Positions 61,089-64,000 of a stretch of DNA of 64,000 nt are shown piece by piece; within the stretch, counting starts at the first letter, position 1; each line of letters begins with the position of its first letter. Made by a program: the position numbers and the translations under genes. The notes beneath the pieces are model-generated. The model ran no database searches. It was given only the letters and a program-made list of their open reading frames with translations, and was not told the origin of the DNA. Source of the stretch: Thermodesulfobacteriota bacterium (lineage in GTDB: Bacteria > Desulfobacterota_D > UBA1144 > Nemesobacterales > UBA2774); the NCBI GenBank assembly GCA_965223335.1, contig OZ244991.1, positions 2,240,001 to 2,304,000 of the forward strand. The letters run 5' to 3'.

Positions 61089-61415
61089 CTATTCCCCAAT
61101 TTCTTGACTATTATTTCTCCCTACTTTATTAATCGAATACATCACTTTATTTATGCCTCCTAACCACTCATCATTACTCACTTCATTTGCTTCAACCATA
61201 TCTGTTAGCCCCATAGTCTCCATCTCTTCCCATGTCACATCCACAATCTCATCACTATAATCTGTTTTTGCGGCCACCAGGTCCGAGAACGACGTCAATA
61301 TTGCTTTAAACGTATTCTTTACAATGTCCTTCAGGTTGTCGAACTTCCCTGTAACTACAATTAAAGATCATATGCTATCATAAACTGCTACTTATCCACA
61401 CTTTTTGCTAAATCC
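61089..61415 (-). pseudogene. Terminal orphan TMP tail fragment
   Basis: 61089-61267 copies the E tail (54960-55138); 61270-61415 copies ~54122-54267. Confidence 0.75.
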
Positions 61416-61889
61416 CTTTATATTATCATCTCGAACCCATCCTAACCATCCCTATTCAATGATAAATTAACTCAGATTCCATTTACAAAGCCCTAGGATT
61501 TAAGTCACATATCCATACCCTATCCACATTGTTTCTATATCAATTTGGAACATGAAAGTTAAATATAATTTTATTTGCTCTATTTTGGTTATTTTCATTA
61601 ATAAATTTGTTTTCTCCACACTCTATCAACATACAAAATATAACACTTAAAGTAATTATTATGCAATATTAATAGTATGTTAACGCGCATACATAAACCG
61701 CGTAAATTAGATATCCACATTCGTTATATACAATCGTATCATGGGAATATTGATAAATAATTTAACAAAAAATAGCAATATGTGATATAATGGCGTTTAG
61801 GTGATGGGTTGAGTTTCTAACATATACTAGACACTCAATTTTTAGTGTATTCAGCTATAAAGATTAACCTAATTCAGGAGGGTTTAGGT

Positions 61890-62816
61890 ATGAGACAAAT
61901 CAACTACCTAAAGGTATGTATAGTTTTACTATTGTCAGCTTTTGTTTTATCCCCCACAGCCCACAGCGGCAGCACTGGGCCTGTGTTTCCCAACATTGAC
62001 GGCACAGACTCCTCTTTCCAGCTCTTTTACTACTTCGACCTGCGCGAGCGCGAGTCCTACATCCAGGTCATGAATCGCAGCTCTAGCCCCGTAGACATCC
62101 ACGTCCAGGTCTACATCCCCAATTCCACTGCCGTAGATTGCGAGGAGATCGACCACTACGACACTTTGACCCCATTCGATGTCCACATTTTCAATATGCG
62201 CAGCATGGTCCCAAACGACCCCTCTATGCATCCATCAGGGATAGGCAGCCCCTCCGACAACACGGCAGGCTTTGTCATCATCACTGTAGTCGATGCATCA
62301 CGCGACGCTGTTAACAACCCCGTGCTCATCGGCAACTTCCGTATAGTGGACTCTTCAGGCTTCGAGTACCGCACCAACGCCGCAGGGTTTCCGCCTACAA
62401 GCTTCGTCACCCAGACCTACACATTTAATTTCGATAAAGACACTGGGGCCGATTTCTCAGACGTCGTAGGCATAGCACTTGACAATGTAGGCGTAGGACA
62501 CAGCATCGTAAATGCCAGTCCAACGATCTTTGTCACATTCGAAGCCCAGATATTCGACGACGACGAGTTTTTCAATAGCTGCAGCCCTGTACAGTTCAAT
62601 TGCAGTGCATCAAATTTTAGTTACGGCATTGATGGTTCTATCCCTAGTTCCAGGGACGGAAGCTTAATATGTCCCAATAGTATTGACCGAGGCTTCACAC
62701 GCCTTACCACCGACGGCCCATTTGCCAGCTCCAATGCCGACGGGTTCGTAGGCTTTGTGGGGTTAAATAACGGCACCAACATTGGCAGCATGGTCCCGTT
62801 CATCGCTTCACCGTAA
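61890..62816 (+). CDS. Secreted hypothetical protein
   Basis: AGGAGG RBS, signal peptide; YIQV.N...V.IHVQ...C.E.D.YDT.TP.D.H shared with next gene. Confidence 0.75.
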   Translation: MRQINYLKVCIVLLLSAFVLSPTAHSGSTGPVFPNIDGTDSSFQLFYYFDLRERESYIQVMNRSSSPVDIHVQVYIPNSTAVDCEEIDHYDTLTPFDVHIFNMRSMVPNDPSMHPSGIGSPSDNTAGFVIITVVDASRDAVNNPVLIGNFRIVDSSGFEYRTNAAGFPPTSFVTQTYTFNFDKDTGADFSDVVGIALDNVGVGHSIVNASPTIFVTFEAQIFDDDEFFNSCSPVQFNCSASNFSYGIDGSIPSSRDGSLICPNSIDRGFTRLTTDGPFASSNADGFVGFVGLNNGTNIGSMVPFIASP

Positions 62817-62849
62817 TCGCACAAAACTCACTGCAATTGGAGGCTAAAA

Positions 62850-63980
62850 ATGAAAACAACAAACAATTACATGAAATTATCAACAATATTTATTTTAATA
62901 GTCCTTATATCCCTACCCATACACTCAAGGGCACAAGAGGTCTGCCCCCCCGAAACCACAGACAACGGTGCCATAAGGCTCCTTCTCGATCCCCCTTCCC
63001 TTGCCACCATATTCACCGGTGCACTGCTCGGCACCAAAGAACGTATAAGCGGCAAGACCTCTGGGGGTATGAACTGGCTCCATACCGATAACGAGAGTTT
63101 CGCCACCTCATCCACCGGCGCTCAGCTAATCGGATGGTGGAACCAAAAGGGCAACAGCAACACCACTTTACAGGTACGCAACTCAAGCCTTTCTTTCCCC
63201 GTAAGCGTCCACATCAATATATTCGACGAAAACTGCCTCGAGATACGCGACTACTGCGATACCTTTACCCCCGGCGACATCCACACCTACGATCTCAGCT
63301 ATCTAGTTACAAATACAGGTGCTACAATATTCGCGGGTAATCTCGACAACAAAGAGGGTTTCTTAACTGTAACAGCCGTTGCAGACTGCGGTGCCGATAA
63401 TCGCGCAATCGGCTTCCCTCTACTCGAAGGCGACTTAAAAATCACTGAAAACTCGCGTAATTATCAATACGGCGCCAAAATGTGGGCCCGCGATAACGAC
63501 ACCATGTTCGATTGCACGCTTACAATACCCTCTGGCCACAACATTCTTGATAATGTAGGCGACTGCAAGCTACGCACAATACGTCCCAACACACTCGATA
63601 CAGTGTTCTCTACCGTTCCCGGATCGAATCAGCGCAACGCCGATCTTGTTGTCATAGCCTTTAGCGAGTCCTACACTCCATTTTATCAACCTCTTCCCGG
63701 CACTATGGCCATCGCCCCGCCAATAATGTACGATACGGATGAGAACGCCAACCTATGCCCCAACTATTTAGTTACTTGCTTCGATCGCAAGGGCTTAAAC
63801 GATGTATTATCGATTAATACTCCCCCGGATACCCCAGGCGGAGGGCCTCCCCCTGGTGCAGGGCCTCCTGGTGGTGGTGGACCCCCAGGGCCGCCGTTTC
63901 CACCCCCGGGACCTCCTCCCAGCGTAGGGCCGCCATCTGGACCCCTCGGACCGCCATTTATACCTCCGGGACGCCGTTAA
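62850..63980 (+). CDS. Secreted hypothetical protein, paralog of upstream gene, Pro/Gly-rich C-terminus
   Basis: GGAGG RBS; LQV.N...V.VHINIF...C.E..DYCDTFTPGD.H; GPPP repeats. Confidence 0.75.
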   Translation: MKTTNNYMKLSTIFILIVLISLPIHSRAQEVCPPETTDNGAIRLLLDPPSLATIFTGALLGTKERISGKTSGGMNWLHTDNESFATSSTGAQLIGWWNQKGNSNTTLQVRNSSLSFPVSVHINIFDENCLEIRDYCDTFTPGDIHTYDLSYLVTNTGATIFAGNLDNKEGFLTVTAVADCGADNRAIGFPLLEGDLKITENSRNYQYGAKMWARDNDTMFDCTLTIPSGHNILDNVGDCKLRTIRPNTLDTVFSTVPGSNQRNADLVVIAFSESYTPFYQPLPGTMAIAPPIMYDTDENANLCPNYLVTCFDRKGLNDVLSINTPPDTPGGGPPPGAGPPGGGGPPGPPFPPPGPPPSVGPPSGPLGPPFIPPGRR

Positions 63981-64000
63981 ACAATATAGAACTCATAATA

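Larger units (their letters stand above)
23458..61415 (-). mobile_element. Prophage-derived region: lysis and tail-tip genes plus TMP/membrane-protein cassette array
   Basis: Co-oriented minus-strand phage late-type genes (TMP, tail tip, endolysin, holin/spanin-like); no att sites, integrase or head genes seen; boundaries approximate. Confidence 0.75.

Noticed and set aside
34676..61415. Diversity-generating retroelement, invertase shufflon or integron as the array mechanism
   Set aside because: No reverse transcriptase, recombinase or integrase in the window; variation is not adenine-specific; all cassettes share one orientation; no attC-like inverted repeats seen.
63825..63980. GC-rich low-complexity repeats at the window end
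   Set aside because: Explained by the Pro/Gly-rich coding tail of 62850-63980.

Overview
Bacterial chromosomal window with three parts. (1) 1-23.4 kb: mixed accessory/host genes (glycosyltransferase, membrane-anchored AlbA_2/Schlafen protein, desaturase, surface GGAI-repeat protein, HigBA, hybrid kinase, SMR, HxlR/LysR, SDR, SigZ with an unannotated 30-aa 11-Cys peptide) interspersed with structured REP-like repeats. (2) 23.5-34.7 kb: minus-strand distal end of a phage late operon (tail-tip genes, GH19 endolysin, holin/spanin-like genes) carrying an AT-rich HEPN-containing insert. (3) 34.7-61.4 kb, the main result: an array of 10 divergent cassettes. Each has a minus-strand tape-measure-protein (TMP) allele with a variable N-terminus (2 full-length, 4 truncated, 4 collapsed to 37-47 aa stubs) head-to-head with one or two plus-strand CxxC-hydrophobic hairpin-CxxC membrane proteins (13 genes, all intact, first gene apparently leaderless). 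TMP N-terminal types co-vary with partner types, cassettes are mosaics of one another, and 8 junctions carry the tandem DnaA-box-like 20-mer TTATCCACATCTTTTCCAC(A/T). This resembles a polymorphic TMP plus cognate immunity/superinfection-exclusion cassette library. No capsid, tail-tube, integrase or recombinase gene is visible in the window. Functions are inferred from motifs only, and misassembly of the near-identical repeats needs to be excluded.
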